NCBI GenBank assembly: GCA_947374125.1
Contig: CANCAR010000001.1
Coordinates: forward strand, 1-48,609
Direction of reading: 5' to 3'
DNA from: Hyphomicrobiales bacterium
Lineage (GTDB): Bacteria; Pseudomonadota; Alphaproteobacteria; Rhizobiales; Beijerinckiaceae
DNA: 48,609 nt
This document shows, one piece after another, positions 1-10,461 of the stretch. Position 1 is the first letter of the stretch, and the number at the start of each line of letters is the position of its first letter. The translations under genes and the position numbers were made by a program. The notes beneath the pieces were generated by a model that saw nothing but the letters and a program-made list of their open reading frames with translations, was not told the origin of the DNA and made no database searches.

Positions 1-272
1 TCGCCATGGGGCCCGCGCACATTGCCAAACTTCGTCGCGATGATCAGACCATCGCGTTTGCCCTTGATGGCGTTGCCGAGCAGAATTTCATTGTGACCCA
101 CGCCATACATATCGGCGGTGTCGATGAAGGTAACGCCAAGGTCAATCGCGCGATGGATGGTGGCGGTGGAGGTGGCGTCATCCTGCGCGCCATAAAATTC
201 TGACATGCCCATGCAGCCAAGCCCGAGAGCAGAGACGCGCAAGCCGTGTTGTCCCAGCATTCGCTGTTCCAT
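1..272 (-). CDS. Aldo/keto reductase, N-terminal part (the rest runs off the left edge of the window)
   Basis: Own minus-strand translation from the ATG at 272-270 gives [28 protein letters not shown]...[41 protein letters not shown], a canonical AKR N-terminus. AGGAGAAG Shine-Dalgarno at 277-284 (minus). Tracked ORF 6..203(+) is its antisense shadow. Confidence 0.8.
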   Translation of the reverse strand, partial: MEQRMLGQHGLRVSALGLGCMGMSEFYGAQDDATSTATIHRAIDLGVTFIDTADMYGVGHNEILLGNAIKGKRDGLIIATKFGNVRGPHG

Positions 273-351
273 TAGCCTTCTCCTTTTTGACGATGAACGA
301 TTCTAGATGTCTCTGTAGAGGATTACAGGGCGATGACATAGCCGTATCGCG

Positions 352-990
352 TCAATCCTGAAGCACGATATCCGCAAGGGTGCTGTGCGTCAGTACCGTC
401 TCTGCATTGGTAAGATCATTGCCCCGTGCACGATGGGCGGCAGTTACCGCATCACATCCATAATCCAGCCAGCGTTGGATGAGGCGCGCCTCGATGGTGG
501 CGAGGCTTGGTTGCAGGAATATGTTGAGATCAAACAAGGCAGGTAGGTCCTGCCAAACAGGGCGGTTCAATAGGAGGTAATTGCCCTCGATGATCAAGAG
601 GCGTTGCCTCGCACTGACAATTCGGGCGGAGCCGCGCGCCAAATCCTCTTTTCGGTCGAAAACGGGGATGGCGATATCGCCGCGCTCAGAGCGAAGGCGG
701 CGCATGAGGGCCAAGAAACCATCCGCATCAAAGGTTTCGGGCGCACCTTTGCGTGCCCGCATGCCACGCGCGTCAAGGATCGCGTTGTCATAGTGAAACC
801 CGTCCATCGGAACGGCCTCAGCGGGATGGTCTGGTAGGCGGGTGTTCAAAGCGTCGACAAGGGCCTCGGCCAGCGTACTTTTGCCTGCGCCCGGCGGCCC
901 GGCAATGCCGATCATCAGACGGCTCATCCCGTTATCGCGGTCGAGAACGGCGCCGCAGAGATGCTCGACCGTCTGAGATAGATCAGCCAC
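352..990 (-). CDS. frcK: P-loop sugar/nucleoside-kinase-like protein, last gene of the fructose transporter operon (FrcK-like)
   Basis: Walker A GIAGPPGAGKST. Uridine/pantothenate-kinase-like fold features. Sits 6 nt downstream of frcA, as in the rhizobial frcBCAK locus. Confidence 0.7.
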   Translation of the reverse strand: MADLSQTVEHLCGAVLDRDNGMSRLMIGIAGPPGAGKSTLAEALVDALNTRLPDHPAEAVPMDGFHYDNAILDARGMRARKGAPETFDADGFLALMRRLRSERGDIAIPVFDRKEDLARGSARIVSARQRLLIIEGNYLLLNRPVWQDLPALFDLNIFLQPSLATIEARLIQRWLDYGCDAVTAAHRARGNDLTNAETVLTHSTLADIVLQD

Positions 991-996
991 GGTGCA

Positions 997-1782
997 TCAG
1001 GCCGCCATCGATTCGGGCGGCGGCTCTTTGGCGCCTGTCATAAAGGCAACGGCATCCGACATGGTGTAATCCTTTGGATTAATTACGCAGAGGCGGCGAC
1101 CTAGCCGGTTAATGTGGATGCGGTCGGCGACTTCGAACACATGCGGCATATTGTGCGAGATCAGCACAATCGGCATGCCGCGTTTTTTCACGTCGAGAAT
1201 GAGTTCCAGAACGCGACGGGATTCTTTCACACCCAAAGCGGCGGTTGGCTCATCCATGATGATGACGCGTGATCCAAAAGCAGCAGCACGCGCAACGGCG
1301 ACGCCTTGGCGCTGACCGCCTGAGAGCGATTCAACGGGCTGTTCGATATTTTGGATGGTCAAAAGGCCAAGCTCGCTCAGCTTTTCGCGTGCAAATTTGT
1401 TCATGCCAGACCGGTCAAGAGTCCATAGCAATTTCCCAAAAAGTCCGGGCTTGAGCCTTTCACGGCCAAGAAACATATTTTCGGCTATTGAGAGCGCAGG
1501 CGAAAGAGCTAGGTTTTGGTACACGGTTTCAATACCAACCGCGCGTGCATCCTGCGGCGAGCGGAAATGCACAACTTCACCATTCAGACGGATCTCGCCG
1601 TGGTCAGGCGTGATTGCGCCGCTCAACGCCTTAATCAGAGTCGATTTACCCGCGCCGTTGTCGCCAATAACGGCAAGGATCTCACCCGGATAAAGGTCGA
1701 AATCGGCGTTGTTGAGCGCGACCACATGGCCATAACGCTTGGAAAGCCCGCGTGCTTCGAGAACAGGTTGTGGTTTGCTCAT
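997..1782 (-). CDS. frcA: Sugar (fructose) ABC transporter ATP-binding protein
   Basis: Walker A GDNGAGKST, signature LSGGQRQ, Walker B IIMDEPT. Preferred start is the ATG at 1782, which forms an ATGA overlap with the frcC stop and has GGAGGG about 9 nt upstream. The tracked ORF extends to 1803. Confidence 0.88.
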   Translation of the reverse strand: MSKPQPVLEARGLSKRYGHVVALNNADFDLYPGEILAVIGDNGAGKSTLIKALSGAITPDHGEIRLNGEVVHFRSPQDARAVGIETVYQNLALSPALSIAENMFLGRERLKPGLFGKLLWTLDRSGMNKFAREKLSELGLLTIQNIEQPVESLSGGQRQGVAVARAAAFGSRVIIMDEPTAALGVKESRRVLELILDVKKRGMPIVLISHNMPHVFEVADRIHINRLGRRLCVINPKDYTMSDAVAFMTGAKEPPPESMAA

Positions 1783-2861
1783 TGCGAGGCCCTCCGCAGC
1801 CATTGGTCAATGGCTACCGCGATAATAATCAGGAAGCCAATGGTTAAGTATTGCCAGTAGGAGTCAACACCCGCCAAGGACAGACCGGTTGAGAACACGC
1901 CCACGATCAAAGCCCCCAAAACCGAGCCAAAAAGCGAGCCGCGCCCACCGAAAAGCGAGGTGCCACCGATCACGGTTGCCGTGATCGAATCGAGATTGAT
2001 CTGGTCGAAGCTCTCTGGATTGATCGTTCCAACGCGACCGATGGAAACCCACGCACCAAAGGCACACACGAGTCCGGCGACCATATAAACGGATAAGAGC
2101 ACGCGTTTGGTTTGGATACCGGCGAGCAATGCGGAGTCCGGATCATCGCCGACCGCATGGACATGACGCCCCCAAGGCGTACGATTCAAGACATACCAAG
2201 CGCCGATGGCCAACAATACAAGGGCTAACCCGCCATAGGTGAATTCAGCTCCTGCGCCAAGCTTCACGGTCTGACCGAAAAAGCCAAGAAACGGAGCCGT
2301 TTCTTCAATATCGGCGGCGCGAATGGATTCAGAACCTGAATACCAAAGCTTAAGGGTCTTAAAAATGCCAAGTGTGCCGAGTGTGACGATGAAGGGCGGC
2401 AGCCGCCAATAGGCGACAAAGACACCGTTGAGCCAGCCCATTGCCGCGCCTGCGATGAAGCCGACCAAAATCGCAAACCAAACGGGCAGCCCCATCTCGA
2501 CGGCCAATGTCCCCATGATAAGCGAGCAAAGCACCATGACCTGACCAACGGCCAAATCGATACCTGCGGTCAGAATGATCGCCGTCTGCGCAATCGCAAT
2601 GATGCCGGTGACGGTTACCTGTTGCAGCACCAAAGACAGAGTGCTGAGCTTTAGAAAATTATTAGCGACCATGCCAAAGCCAAGGATGCTGATGATCAGC
2701 ACGCCTGCTGGGATCGCCGTTGGATAGGTGCGCAGAAAGTCACGGATATGGTCGAGGGGACCGTTTCTGTCCTGCTCGAAGGCCGCAACCGACGCGTCGG
2801 CTTTTTCGAGCACGGTTTCAAAATCTGAGGAGGGTTTCGGAGGCTCAGAATTCGTGCTCAT
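1779..2861 (-). CDS. frcC: Sugar ABC transporter permease (RbsC/AraH-type, multi-TM)
   Basis: 360-aa hydrophobic polytopic protein of the ribose-type permease family, between frcB and frcA. Confidence 0.88.
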   Translation of the reverse strand: MSTNSEPPKPSSDFETVLEKADASVAAFEQDRNGPLDHIRDFLRTYPTAIPAGVLIISILGFGMVANNFLKLSTLSLVLQQVTVTGIIAIAQTAIILTAGIDLAVGQVMVLCSLIMGTLAVEMGLPVWFAILVGFIAGAAMGWLNGVFVAYWRLPPFIVTLGTLGIFKTLKLWYSGSESIRAADIEETAPFLGFFGQTVKLGAGAEFTYGGLALVLLAIGAWYVLNRTPWGRHVHAVGDDPDSALLAGIQTKRVLLSVYMVAGLVCAFGAWVSIGRVGTINPESFDQINLDSITATVIGGTSLFGGRGSLFGSVLGALIVGVFSTGLSLAGVDSYWQYLTIGFLIIIAVAIDQWLRRASQ

Positions 2862-3014
2862 GGGCGTCTTCCCGTTTCTTCCCTGTGTCGGCCAGATTGT
2901 GACCGATTTGAAACCATAGGGGCTACGGCTTCAAGTTTTTGTGGTTCATATAATCTGGGGGGCGATCTGACGATCACCCCCCAAATGAGTCAAGCTAAAT
3001 TACAGGCTGAAAGA

Positions 3015-4055
3015 TCAGCCCCAGCACTTCGCAGTGCCTTCCTTCGTGTCGATCGAAGGAACGCCAGCCGCTGGCTTGTCGGTGATGAGGTTCACGCCGG
3101 TGTTGTAGAAATCGAGGCCGTCAGAAGCCTTAGGCTTCGTGCCGTCTTTTGCGAAGGCTGCAATCGCTTCGATGCCCTTCGAGGCCATCAAAAGCGGATA
3201 TTGCTGCGAGGTCGCGCCGATAACACCCGATGCAACGCTCTTCACGCCTGGGCAGCCACCGTCAACGGAGACGATCAACACGCCCTTTTCCTTGCCAGCC
3301 TTCTTAAGCGCTTGGAACGCGCCTTCAGCTGCTGGCTCATTGATCGTGTAAACGACGTTCATGTTTGGCTCTTTGGCAAGCAGGTTTTCAACGCTCTTCA
3401 CGCCACCTTCAGGATTCCCATCCGATGACTGATGGCCGATCACGCGTGGATCCTTCTCTGAACCCAACACCTTCTTGTTCGGAACGTCGATGCCGAAGCC
3501 GACGAGGAAGCCCGTGTCACGTGCAACGTCAACCGAGATGTTGTCTTTGTTGATGTCGAGCATGCCGATCTTGGCATCCTTGGCCTTATCGCCGAGTGTA
3601 GCCTTCGCCCACTTGCCGATAAGAAGACCAGCTTCGAAGTTGTCGGTTGCGAACGTCATGTCAGCCGCGTCCTTGTCGCCGATTGGCGTATCGAGCGCGA
3701 TAACGAGAACGCCAGCAGCGCGGGCCTTCTTAAGCGCAGGAACAACCGAATCGTTCGATGCGGTAATCAGGATACCCTTGGCACCCGATGCAACGCAGTT
3801 TTCAATGGCGGTGATCTGCGGTGCGGCATCGCCGTCCTTAACGCCAGCATAGGCCGAAAGCTTAATGCCCGCAGCGTCAGCTCCCTTGGTGGCGCCTTCC
3901 TTCATTTTCACGAAGAATGGGTTCGTGTTGTTCTTAGTGATCAAGCATGCGCCCGTAGCCGCGTAGGCTGGTGCAGCGAAAACGGCGCCCATTGCGATTG
4001 CGCCGAGCAAAGATGTTACAAGAGTCTTGTTCAAGTGAGCCTCCCTAAAAGCCAA
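3015..4055 (-). CDS. frcB: Periplasmic sugar-binding protein (fructose ABC transporter substrate-binding component)
   Basis: N-terminal signal peptide (...AAPAYA/ATG). RbsB-like periplasmic binding protein sequence. First gene of the frc operon. Confidence 0.85.
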   Translation of the reverse strand: MAFREAHLNKTLVTSLLGAIAMGAVFAAPAYAATGACLITKNNTNPFFVKMKEGATKGADAAGIKLSAYAGVKDGDAAPQITAIENCVASGAKGILITASNDSVVPALKKARAAGVLVIALDTPIGDKDAADMTFATDNFEAGLLIGKWAKATLGDKAKDAKIGMLDINKDNISVDVARDTGFLVGFGIDVPNKKVLGSEKDPRVIGHQSSDGNPEGGVKSVENLLAKEPNMNVVYTINEPAAEGAFQALKKAGKEKGVLIVSVDGGCPGVKSVASGVIGATSQQYPLLMASKGIEAIAAFAKDGTKPKASDGLDFYNTGVNLITDKPAAGVPSIDTKEGTAKCWG

Positions 4056-4283
4056 ACGAGCCAGTTGATTGCCGGTCTCGATTTCACGAGAATTCCGGGT
4101 CGCGACCTTCGCCCACGCCCGTTCTCAAGCTTTAGCCAACATCGAAATAACGACGCTGTCAATAATTAAATTAACTTGATTTATTAAGTCAGATTTGTTT
4201 CGCTAGATGCATAAAATAATCAATGCCGTCATTTTCAACCGGCGGTTGGGGGAAGTGCTGTGTCAGTGTCCGCAGAAGGTTCA
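4056..4283. promoter_or_regulatory. Divergent frcB / frcR control region (AT-rich)
   Basis: 228-bp gap between divergently oriented frcB and the ROK regulator. Contains a strongly AT-rich stretch (aataattaaattaacttgatttattaagtcagatttg) that is atypical for this GC-rich window. No operator was defined. Confidence 0.45.
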
Positions 4284-5489
4284 ATGGGATCGTCGTTTCG
4301 AGCGAGTGCTTCGGGTCGGGGAACGAAGCAAGCGGATGTTCGCGCCTATAATGAAAGGCTCTTATTATCGCTTATTCGCCGACATGGCAGCCTGACAAAG
4401 GCTGAAACCTCTCGTCTGACGGGTCTTTCTGCGCAATCGATTTCGGTGATCACGCGACGGCTTGAAGAAGATGGCCTGTTGCAGCGTGGCGATCTCTTGC
4501 GCGGTAAAATTGGCCAACCGTCGACGCCCATGGCGCTTGCAGATGAGGGCGCTTTCTCACTAGGTGTGAAGATCGGAAGGCGTAGTGTTGAGCTGGTTCT
4601 GATCGATTTTGTCGGTCATGTCCGTCAGTCGCTTAGGGAGGCCTATGCTTGGCCGATGCCGGATGCGATTATTGATTTCACTCTGCGTAGCGTTACTTCG
4701 ATCATGTCTGGGCTTACTCCCTCGGAGCGGCCGCGGGTAGCGGGGCTTGGCATCGCATCCCCGTTTGACCTCTGGGCGTGGGAAGATGGCGTCGGCGCTC
4801 CCAAAGGCGCGATGGAAATCTGGCGATCCGCCGATTTGGTGACGGCGATTGACCAACACATGTCGTTTCCCGTTTATCTGCAAAATGATGCAACAGCTGC
4901 TTGCGGTGCCGAATTTGTGTTTGGCAGGGGCCACGAATTCCCGAATTATCTCTATTTGTTTATCGGCTTCTTTATCGGCGGCGGTATTGTGCTCGATGGC
5001 GGTGTATTTACGGGGCCAACCGGAAATGCCGGGGCCATCGGTTCGTTTCCGGTAACGGGTATGGATGGCAAGAAAGTACAGCTGATCGACGTGGCGTCAG
5101 CCGCCAATTTAGAAGCACGGATAAGGGCTGCAGGGCTCGATCCTTCGCCGATTTGGCAAAAGGCCGATGGATGGTCAGGCTTTTCCGAATTTATTGACGG
5201 TTGGATTGACGATATCGCACCCCATTTGGCTAATGCGATCGTTGGCTCATGCGCGGTTATTGATTTCTCGGCCGTGATCATCGATGGCGGTTTCCCTGAT
5301 CATGTGCGTTCACGCATCGTCGAGGCCACCCGCCATTCGCTGGAACGATTGAATAAGCAGGGTATCGTATCGCCGCCCATCATGGAGGGAACGGTTGGCA
5401 ATCAGGCGCGTGCGATCGGTGGCGCTTGTCTGCCCTTCTTTGACAAATTCATGTTGTCGTCTAAGCCGCTATTGAATGATGCGGCCTAA
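4284..5489 (+). CDS. frcR: ROK-family transcriptional regulator (fructose locus repressor-like)
   Basis: N-terminal wHTH (RAYNERLLLSLIRRHGSLTKAETSRLTGLSAQSISVITRRLEEDGLL) plus a ROK sugar-kinase-like body. Preferred start ATG 4284 with AGAAGG upstream. The tracked ORF starts at GTG 4260. Confidence 0.8.
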   Translation: MGSSFRASASGRGTKQADVRAYNERLLLSLIRRHGSLTKAETSRLTGLSAQSISVITRRLEEDGLLQRGDLLRGKIGQPSTPMALADEGAFSLGVKIGRRSVELVLIDFVGHVRQSLREAYAWPMPDAIIDFTLRSVTSIMSGLTPSERPRVAGLGIASPFDLWAWEDGVGAPKGAMEIWRSADLVTAIDQHMSFPVYLQNDATAACGAEFVFGRGHEFPNYLYLFIGFFIGGGIVLDGGVFTGPTGNAGAIGSFPVTGMDGKKVQLIDVASAANLEARIRAAGLDPSPIWQKADGWSGFSEFIDGWIDDIAPHLANAIVGSCAVIDFSAVIIDGGFPDHVRSRIVEATRHSLERLNKQGIVSPPIMEGTVGNQARAIGGACLPFFDKFMLSSKPLLNDAA

Positions 5490-5495
5490 ATTCGA

Positions 5496-5783
5496 TTATC
5501 TGTTTGTGGATAAAAGGGATTTTATGGCGTCATCTAGACCGTAAATTTCCGCAAATTGGATGATTTGCGGCGGAAGAGAATCGATTTCAACGCTTTGGCC
5601 TCTGGTTCGCGCTGTTCGCACAACCGTGACCAACCATGCCACCGCGCTTGAATCGATACGATCTACGCCTGATAAATCGATACGGAAGCTGCTGTTTGCG
5701 GATATTTTCTCAAAATCACGAAAGGCCTGCCCGGTTTGGGCCATGAGAAGCGAGCCTTTTGGTGCAAGAATGTGCTCGGCCAT
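5496..5783 (-). CDS. mlaB: STAS-domain protein (MlaB-like)
   Basis: 95-aa STAS / anti-sigma-antagonist-like sequence. Last gene of the mla operon, 3 nt after mlaC. Confidence 0.7.
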   Translation of the reverse strand: MAEHILAPKGSLLMAQTGQAFRDFEKISANSSFRIDLSGVDRIDSSAVAWLVTVVRTARTRGQSVEIDSLPPQIIQFAEIYGLDDAIKSLLSTNR

Positions 5784-5786
5784 AGA

Positions 5787-6416
5787 TCAGCCGCCATTTT
5801 TCTTTTTGAGCGCCTCGATAAGTCCCGAGACACCGGAGGAAGAAACAAGGCCGCCAAACTCATCGCGATAAGCGGCAACGAGGCTGATACCCTCAACCGT
5901 CACGTCATAGACCTTCCAACCGCCCGGACCGTTGATCAGTCCGTAATCAATCGCCACCGGTTGAGGCCGTCCAATCATTTGCGTTTTTACCGTCACATCA
6001 ACATTCGCGGTGATGACCCGCGTTGATTTAACCTCGACCTCAAGGTCCTTTAACGTCGCAATGGCGTTCGAATAGGTCCGCGTCAGCAATCGGCCAAACT
6101 CTGTAATGATTTGTTTTTGCTCGGATGGATTTGCCTTTGCCCAATTCCGACCCATCGCAATTTGGGTGACGCGCTCAAAATCGAACCGCGGAACAATGTT
6201 TTTCTGGACAAAATCGGAAATTTTGAGCGAACCGGGCGTTTGGAGTTCCGGATCGGCACGCACGGCTGCCGTCATTTCAGCCGCGAGTTTCCGCACGAGT
6301 TCGTCGGGCGCGACTGTTTCGGCCTGAGCGTGGGAAAATCCAAGCATGAAAGCAAGCGCGGCGACTGATCCGGCAAGGGATAATCCACGGGCCAAATGAC
6401 CGATAAAATGCTGCAT
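5787..6416 (-). CDS. mlaC: Periplasmic phospholipid-binding protein MlaC (Ttg2D/toluene-tolerance family)
   Basis: Signal peptide followed by an MlaC-type sequence (FDFERVTQIAMGRNWAKANPSEQKQIITEFGRLLTRTYSNAI). Confidence 0.85.
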   Translation of the reverse strand: MQHFIGHLARGLSLAGSVAALAFMLGFSHAQAETVAPDELVRKLAAEMTAAVRADPELQTPGSLKISDFVQKNIVPRFDFERVTQIAMGRNWAKANPSEQKQIITEFGRLLTRTYSNAIATLKDLEVEVKSTRVITANVDVTVKTQMIGRPQPVAIDYGLINGPGGWKVYDVTVEGISLVAAYRDEFGGLVSSSGVSGLIEALKKKNGG

Positions 6417-6440
6417 TGCGATGCGATTCCTAAACTTAAA

Positions 6441-7202
6441 TCAGTTTGCGGATGCTGCGGACGACGTTTTCTCCCGAGCGGCTTTTACCATCAAAGCCCG
6501 CTTTTGGAGATATAGATTCCGCACAAACACATAACGATCCAAACTTGAGGCAGCAATAAGGCCTTCATTCGCTTTACCGTCTGCGCGGGTTTGCAGATAT
6601 TCAAGACCCATGAGTGAATAGGACGGAACAGGATCGAGATAACTGCGCGGATCGGTTGCGATGCGGGCAAATCGGCCCGTTGTTTCACGGAAGGTCGAAG
6701 GCCCGATCAGCGGTAAAATCAGATAGGGGCCAGTGGGGAGACCCCATGCACCAAGCGTTTGGCCGAAATCGCCATCGACTTTGTGAAGGCCCATTTTGGC
6801 GCCAACATCAAACAACCCGCCGATGCCAACCGTCGTGTTGACGGCTACGCGCTGGAAATCGGCGCCAGCCGCGCTCCCGTTGCCTTGCAGCACATGGTTG
6901 ATGCCAACATAGACATCATCCAAATTATTGAAGAAATTTCCTACGCCTGTACGAACAAAGGTCGGCATTATGCCGTTCCAAAGCGTCACGAGCGGATTGA
7001 CAATAACCATATCAATTCCGTCATTCAGCGCGAAGGTTGCCCGGTTGAGAGGCTCCAGCACGTCATTGGGAGGCGCGGGTTCCTGTTCTTCAACGATTGG
7101 AGGAGGTGGGGCGACAGCCTTTACCTTCTTCGAGGGCGCGGCAATCGCTAGCCCTGAACCGAGGGTTGTCAGCAGAACGAGGGAGAGTGCAAACCGTTTC
7201 AT
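6441..7202 (-). CDS. mlaA: MlaA/VacJ family outer-membrane protein
   Basis: VacJ hallmark block LEPLNRATFALNDGIDMVIVNPLV...VRTGVGNFFNNLDDVYVGINHVLQG. Embedded between mlaD and mlaC. Confidence 0.85.
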   Translation of the reverse strand: MKRFALSLVLLTTLGSGLAIAAPSKKVKAVAPPPPIVEEQEPAPPNDVLEPLNRATFALNDGIDMVIVNPLVTLWNGIMPTFVRTGVGNFFNNLDDVYVGINHVLQGNGSAAGADFQRVAVNTTVGIGGLFDVGAKMGLHKVDGDFGQTLGAWGLPTGPYLILPLIGPSTFRETTGRFARIATDPRSYLDPVPSYSLMGLEYLQTRADGKANEGLIAASSLDRYVFVRNLYLQKRALMVKAAREKTSSAASAN

Positions 7203-7672
7203 GGCGCTTTTGCCGGCGTTTCCGCCGCCTTGCTGAAGAGGAACTGACTGATTAATTTTTCCAAAATCATAGCAGACTGGGTTTTCCCGACCCGATCACC
7301 CTGCGCAAGATATACAGGATCGCCGCCCGACTCCAAACCTACATATTGTTCGCCCAGCAGACCCGAGGTCAGAATGGAGGCGATTGTATCTTTCGAGAAC
7401 CGATAGTCCGAGGTAATACGCAACCGAACAATGGCTTCAAAGGTCTCTTTATCAAGTCCTACGGAGTCAACCCGACCCACGACGACGCCTGCGCTCTTAA
7501 CCGGCGCTCGGACTTTCAAGCCACCAATATTGTCGAAACGGGCTTCAAGCACGTAGCCGGACCCGCTATCAAAGCTTGCTAGATTACCGACTTTGAGCGC
7601 CATGAACACCATGGCCAAAAGACCAATAGCAACAAAGAGCCCGACGACGAAATCAAACCTAGACCGGTTCAT
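7199..7672 (-). CDS. mlaD: MCE-domain protein MlaD
   Basis: N-terminal TM anchor plus an MCE domain (ARFDNIGGLKVRAPVKSAGVVVGRV). 4-nt overlap with mlaA. Confidence 0.88.
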   Translation of the reverse strand: MNRSRFDFVVGLFVAIGLLAMVFMALKVGNLASFDSGSGYVLEARFDNIGGLKVRAPVKSAGVVVGRVDSVGLDKETFEAIVRLRITSDYRFSKDTIASILTSGLLGEQYVGLESGGDPVYLAQGDRVGKTQSAMILEKLISQFLFSKAAETPAKAP

Positions 7673-8457
7673 CAGCTAAGCCCCCGAAACATCATCACCG
7701 TCAAAACAAGATCGAGCAGTAGCACCGAAAGCGAGGAAATCACCACCGTACGAGTGGTGGCGCTTGCGATACCTTCGGTAGTAGGAACGGCAAAATAGCC
7801 CTCAAAGACCGAGATCAAACCGACGGCAGTTCCAAACACGATACTCTTTAACAAGCCGTTTAAAACGTCGATTCGCACATCGACATTGGCCTGCATCTGC
7901 GACCAAAATGCGCCATCGTCAATGCCAATCAGTTTCACGCCGATGATCCAAGCCCCGCAAATGCCAGCACTCGTGAAAATGGCGGCCAGAAGCGGCATCG
8001 AAAGAATGGCGGCCAGAAAGCGCGGAGCCCCGACGCGGGACAAGGGATCAACCGCCATCATGTCCATCGCCGCCAATTGCTCGGTCGCCCGCATTAGCGC
8101 AATTTCTGCGGTCACCGCCGAACTCGCACGGCCCGCAAAGAGCAGCGCGGTAACCACGGGTCCCAATTCCCGGACCAAGGATAGTGCCACAATAACGCCG
8201 AGCGATTCGGCTGAACCATAGCGTTGCAACACCTCATAGCCCTGCACCGCCAACACCATGCCAACAAAAAGCCCTGAAACGGCAATAATCGAGAGCGAAC
8301 GAACGCCAGAGAAGTAAAGTTCTCGGATGATGAGCGATGTGCGCCGGATTGAGACCCATAAAACGAGTAGAATGGCCCCGGAAAAGCGCGCAGCAAGACC
8401 GAGCCGCTCGACGCGGCTTGTAATGAAATGTCCAAGGGCTTCAATCGATGCGATCAT
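7672..8457 (-). CDS. mlaE: ABC transporter permease MlaE
   Basis: 261-aa polytopic MlaE/Ttg2B-type permease. Overlaps mlaF (4 nt) and mlaD (1 nt). Confidence 0.88.
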   Translation of the reverse strand: MIASIEALGHFITSRVERLGLAARFSGAILLVLWVSIRRTSLIIRELYFSGVRSLSIIAVSGLFVGMVLAVQGYEVLQRYGSAESLGVIVALSLVRELGPVVTALLFAGRASSAVTAEIALMRATEQLAAMDMMAVDPLSRVGAPRFLAAILSMPLLAAIFTSAGICGAWIIGVKLIGIDDGAFWSQMQANVDVRIDVLNGLLKSIVFGTAVGLISVFEGYFAVPTTEGIASATTRTVVISSLSVLLLDLVLTVMMFRGLS

Positions 8458-9296
8458 GGACCCATCAACTCCGTAACATAGTCCATGACGGGATAATGGA
8501 ATGGCACGGGGCCATCGGGTAAACCGTCGGCGAATTGGCGGATAAAGGGATCGTCCGTTGCACGGATATCCTCTGGCACCATGTCACGATGCACTTGTCC
8601 GCCAGACAGAACGATGACCCGATCTGCTAGCCGCAATGTTTCGTTGAGATCATGGGTGACAATAATGGAAGTCATACCCAATGCGCGGTTCAATCTTTTG
8701 ATCAGCCGCCCGATAATACCGACAGAAATCGGATCAAGCCCCGTGAAGGGTTCGTCATAGAGCATAACCGAAGGATCAAGCGCCACCGCGCGGGCGAGTG
8801 CTACGCGCCGTGCCATGCCGCCGGAAAGCTCGGCGGGCATAAGAGCTTGGGCCCCGCGTAATCCAACTGCCTCGAGTTTCATGAGTACCAGAGTGCGGAT
8901 CATCGCTTCCGGCAAATCGGTTTGTTCGCGGTAGGGAAAGGCGACATTGTCGAACACGTTCAGATCGGTAAACAGCGCACCAAATTGAAACAGCATGCCG
9001 ATCCGGCGGCGTAGGCCGTAAAGTTCGGCTTTCTTTAGGTGGGGAACGTCAAGTCCATCGACGATAACCGACCCCGACTGAGGTTTGAGGCGACCTGCGA
9101 TTAAGCCGAGCAAAGTCGTCTTGCCGCCACCCGATCCCCCCATGACAGCGACAATCTCGCCCTTCGCGACGGTCAGATCAATGCCGTTCAAAATCTGGCG
9201 GTCCGCATAGGAAAAGCGGACGCCCTTCATGGTGATCATGGCTGAGGGCTCGTGAGAAGCCATAGCGTCGAAGGTCCTTTGGTACGCATTGATCAC
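8454..9296 (-). CDS. mlaF: ABC transporter ATP-binding protein MlaF
   Basis: Walker [10 protein letters not shown], signature LSGGMARR, Walker B MLYDEPF. The start is uncertain: GTG 9296 in the track, or an internal ATG at 9263. Confidence 0.88.
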   Translation of the reverse strand: MINAYQRTFDAMASHEPSAMITMKGVRFSYADRQILNGIDLTVAKGEIVAVMGGSGGGKTTLLGLIAGRLKPQSGSVIVDGLDVPHLKKAELYGLRRRIGMLFQFGALFTDLNVFDNVAFPYREQTDLPEAMIRTLVLMKLEAVGLRGAQALMPAELSGGMARRVALARAVALDPSVMLYDEPFTGLDPISVGIIGRLIKRLNRALGMTSIIVTHDLNETLRLADRVIVLSGGQVHRDMVPEDIRATDDPFIRQFADGLPDGPVPFHYPVMDYVTELMGP

Positions 9297-9400
9297 AAAA
9301 GGTTAGAACAATACCCTTTTCATAGGCGCGTTAAAAAATGAAGGCAAAACCGCTAGATAAACAGTCAGATTTTGCCACTCCCATCAATCGAACACTAAAC

Positions 9401-10153
9401 CTATAATACGCCTTTTAGGAGAAAGCGTCGATTCAATGGCTGCACCGGTCGAGCATTCATCCCGAAGATAAGCTTGAAAACGTCGATATCAGTAGCAGCT
9501 ACCTCAAGCGGCTCGGCAAAAACAACCCAATCAACGTTTTCCGTACAAGGTGGCATGGTGAGCGAGCCGCGATAGCGAAAGAGGGCTCGTGAATTTGGCA
9601 ATAAGCGATTGGGATCAGCGGGCGCCTGCAAGGGCTGGGTACCAAGCTTTCCCGGCGCTTTCGCCATCATATTGAAAAACACATCATTGCGCTCACCCGG
9701 ACGCAACAGCACAGAGACCATCAAGAGGCGTTTTGCCCCCAGCGTATGGACAAACTGGATTTCCATGGCATGGCGTACGCCGTCGACGAGATGCTCGCCC
9801 GGCAAATGGAAAACGATCTGCTTGAGCGAAAACTCTTCGCCTCCCAGAACTGTGACACTTCCTTTGGCGACATTGGCGTAAACCGAACGGCCATTATTGA
9901 TCATTGGAAAGGCTTGCGGCTTCCAGTCAAAACGGATCGGTTCAAGCGCCGAAACATAGTAGTTCTTTAGATCAATCGGCGATTGCTCAAGCCCCGTCGT
10001 GCAGACTTGGTTGATGGGATCGAGATCGGCCCATTTGTCGGGGCCTTCAGCTCCCTCATAGGTCCAAGGCTTCCCCTCTTGTGCCAGAGCGAGGCTCTGC
10101 GCCAGAGGCGTTGCCATGAGTCCTCCCAAAAATCCACGCCGATCCAACGCCAC
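9401..10153 (-). CDS. Alpha-class carbonic anhydrase, exported (Tat-like signal)
   Basis: N-terminus MALDRRGFLGG (twin-arginine-like). Alpha-CA blocks WTYEGAEGPDKW...QSPIDL...HLPGEHLVDG...EIQFVH...YRGSLTMPPCTENVDWVV. Confidence 0.85.
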   Translation of the reverse strand: MALDRRGFLGGLMATPLAQSLALAQEGKPWTYEGAEGPDKWADLDPINQVCTTGLEQSPIDLKNYYVSALEPIRFDWKPQAFPMINNGRSVYANVAKGSVTVLGGEEFSLKQIVFHLPGEHLVDGVRHAMEIQFVHTLGAKRLLMVSVLLRPGERNDVFFNMMAKAPGKLGTQPLQAPADPNRLLPNSRALFRYRGSLTMPPCTENVDWVVFAEPLEVAATDIDVFKLIFGMNARPVQPLNRRFLLKGVL

Positions 10154-10245
10154 ACGAAACTCCTACACCACAGACAACCGCACACGGGATACACATAACC
10201 AACCGCGTTAATACGAGCATATTCGCCCGAATTAAGCCAGTTTAA

Positions 10246-10461
10246 TCAAAAATCGCTGGCCAGTCCTTTCACTTCCCAATCGCCATAGCGCACCGGTTCG
10301 GGCCCCTCGCGGCCGTTGATCTCTTTCGGACGCTGGTCGGAAGTGGATTTTATCCGGCGAGCCTCTGCCTCTGCCAACGCGCGCTCAGCGGCAGGGCTGA
10401 GCTGCTTTTTGTCCACGGGATGCGGTATTGAGGTCGAGGATAAGACGTCGTCAACCATGCC
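10246..10461 (-). CDS. DUF1674-family small protein (SDHAF4-like)
   Basis: C-terminal signature RYGDWEVKGLASDF. Preferred start is the internal ATG at 10461. The longer tracked ORF (to 10551) overlaps the rsmB upstream region. Confidence 0.65.
   Translation of the reverse strand, partial: GMVDDVLSSTSIPHPVDKKQLSPAAERALAEAEARRIKSTSDQRPKEINGREGPEPVRYGDWEVKGLASDF

Noticed and set aside
6-203. Tracked 65-aa ORF at the left edge.
   Set aside because: It is antisense to a clear aldo/keto reductase N-terminus on the minus strand.
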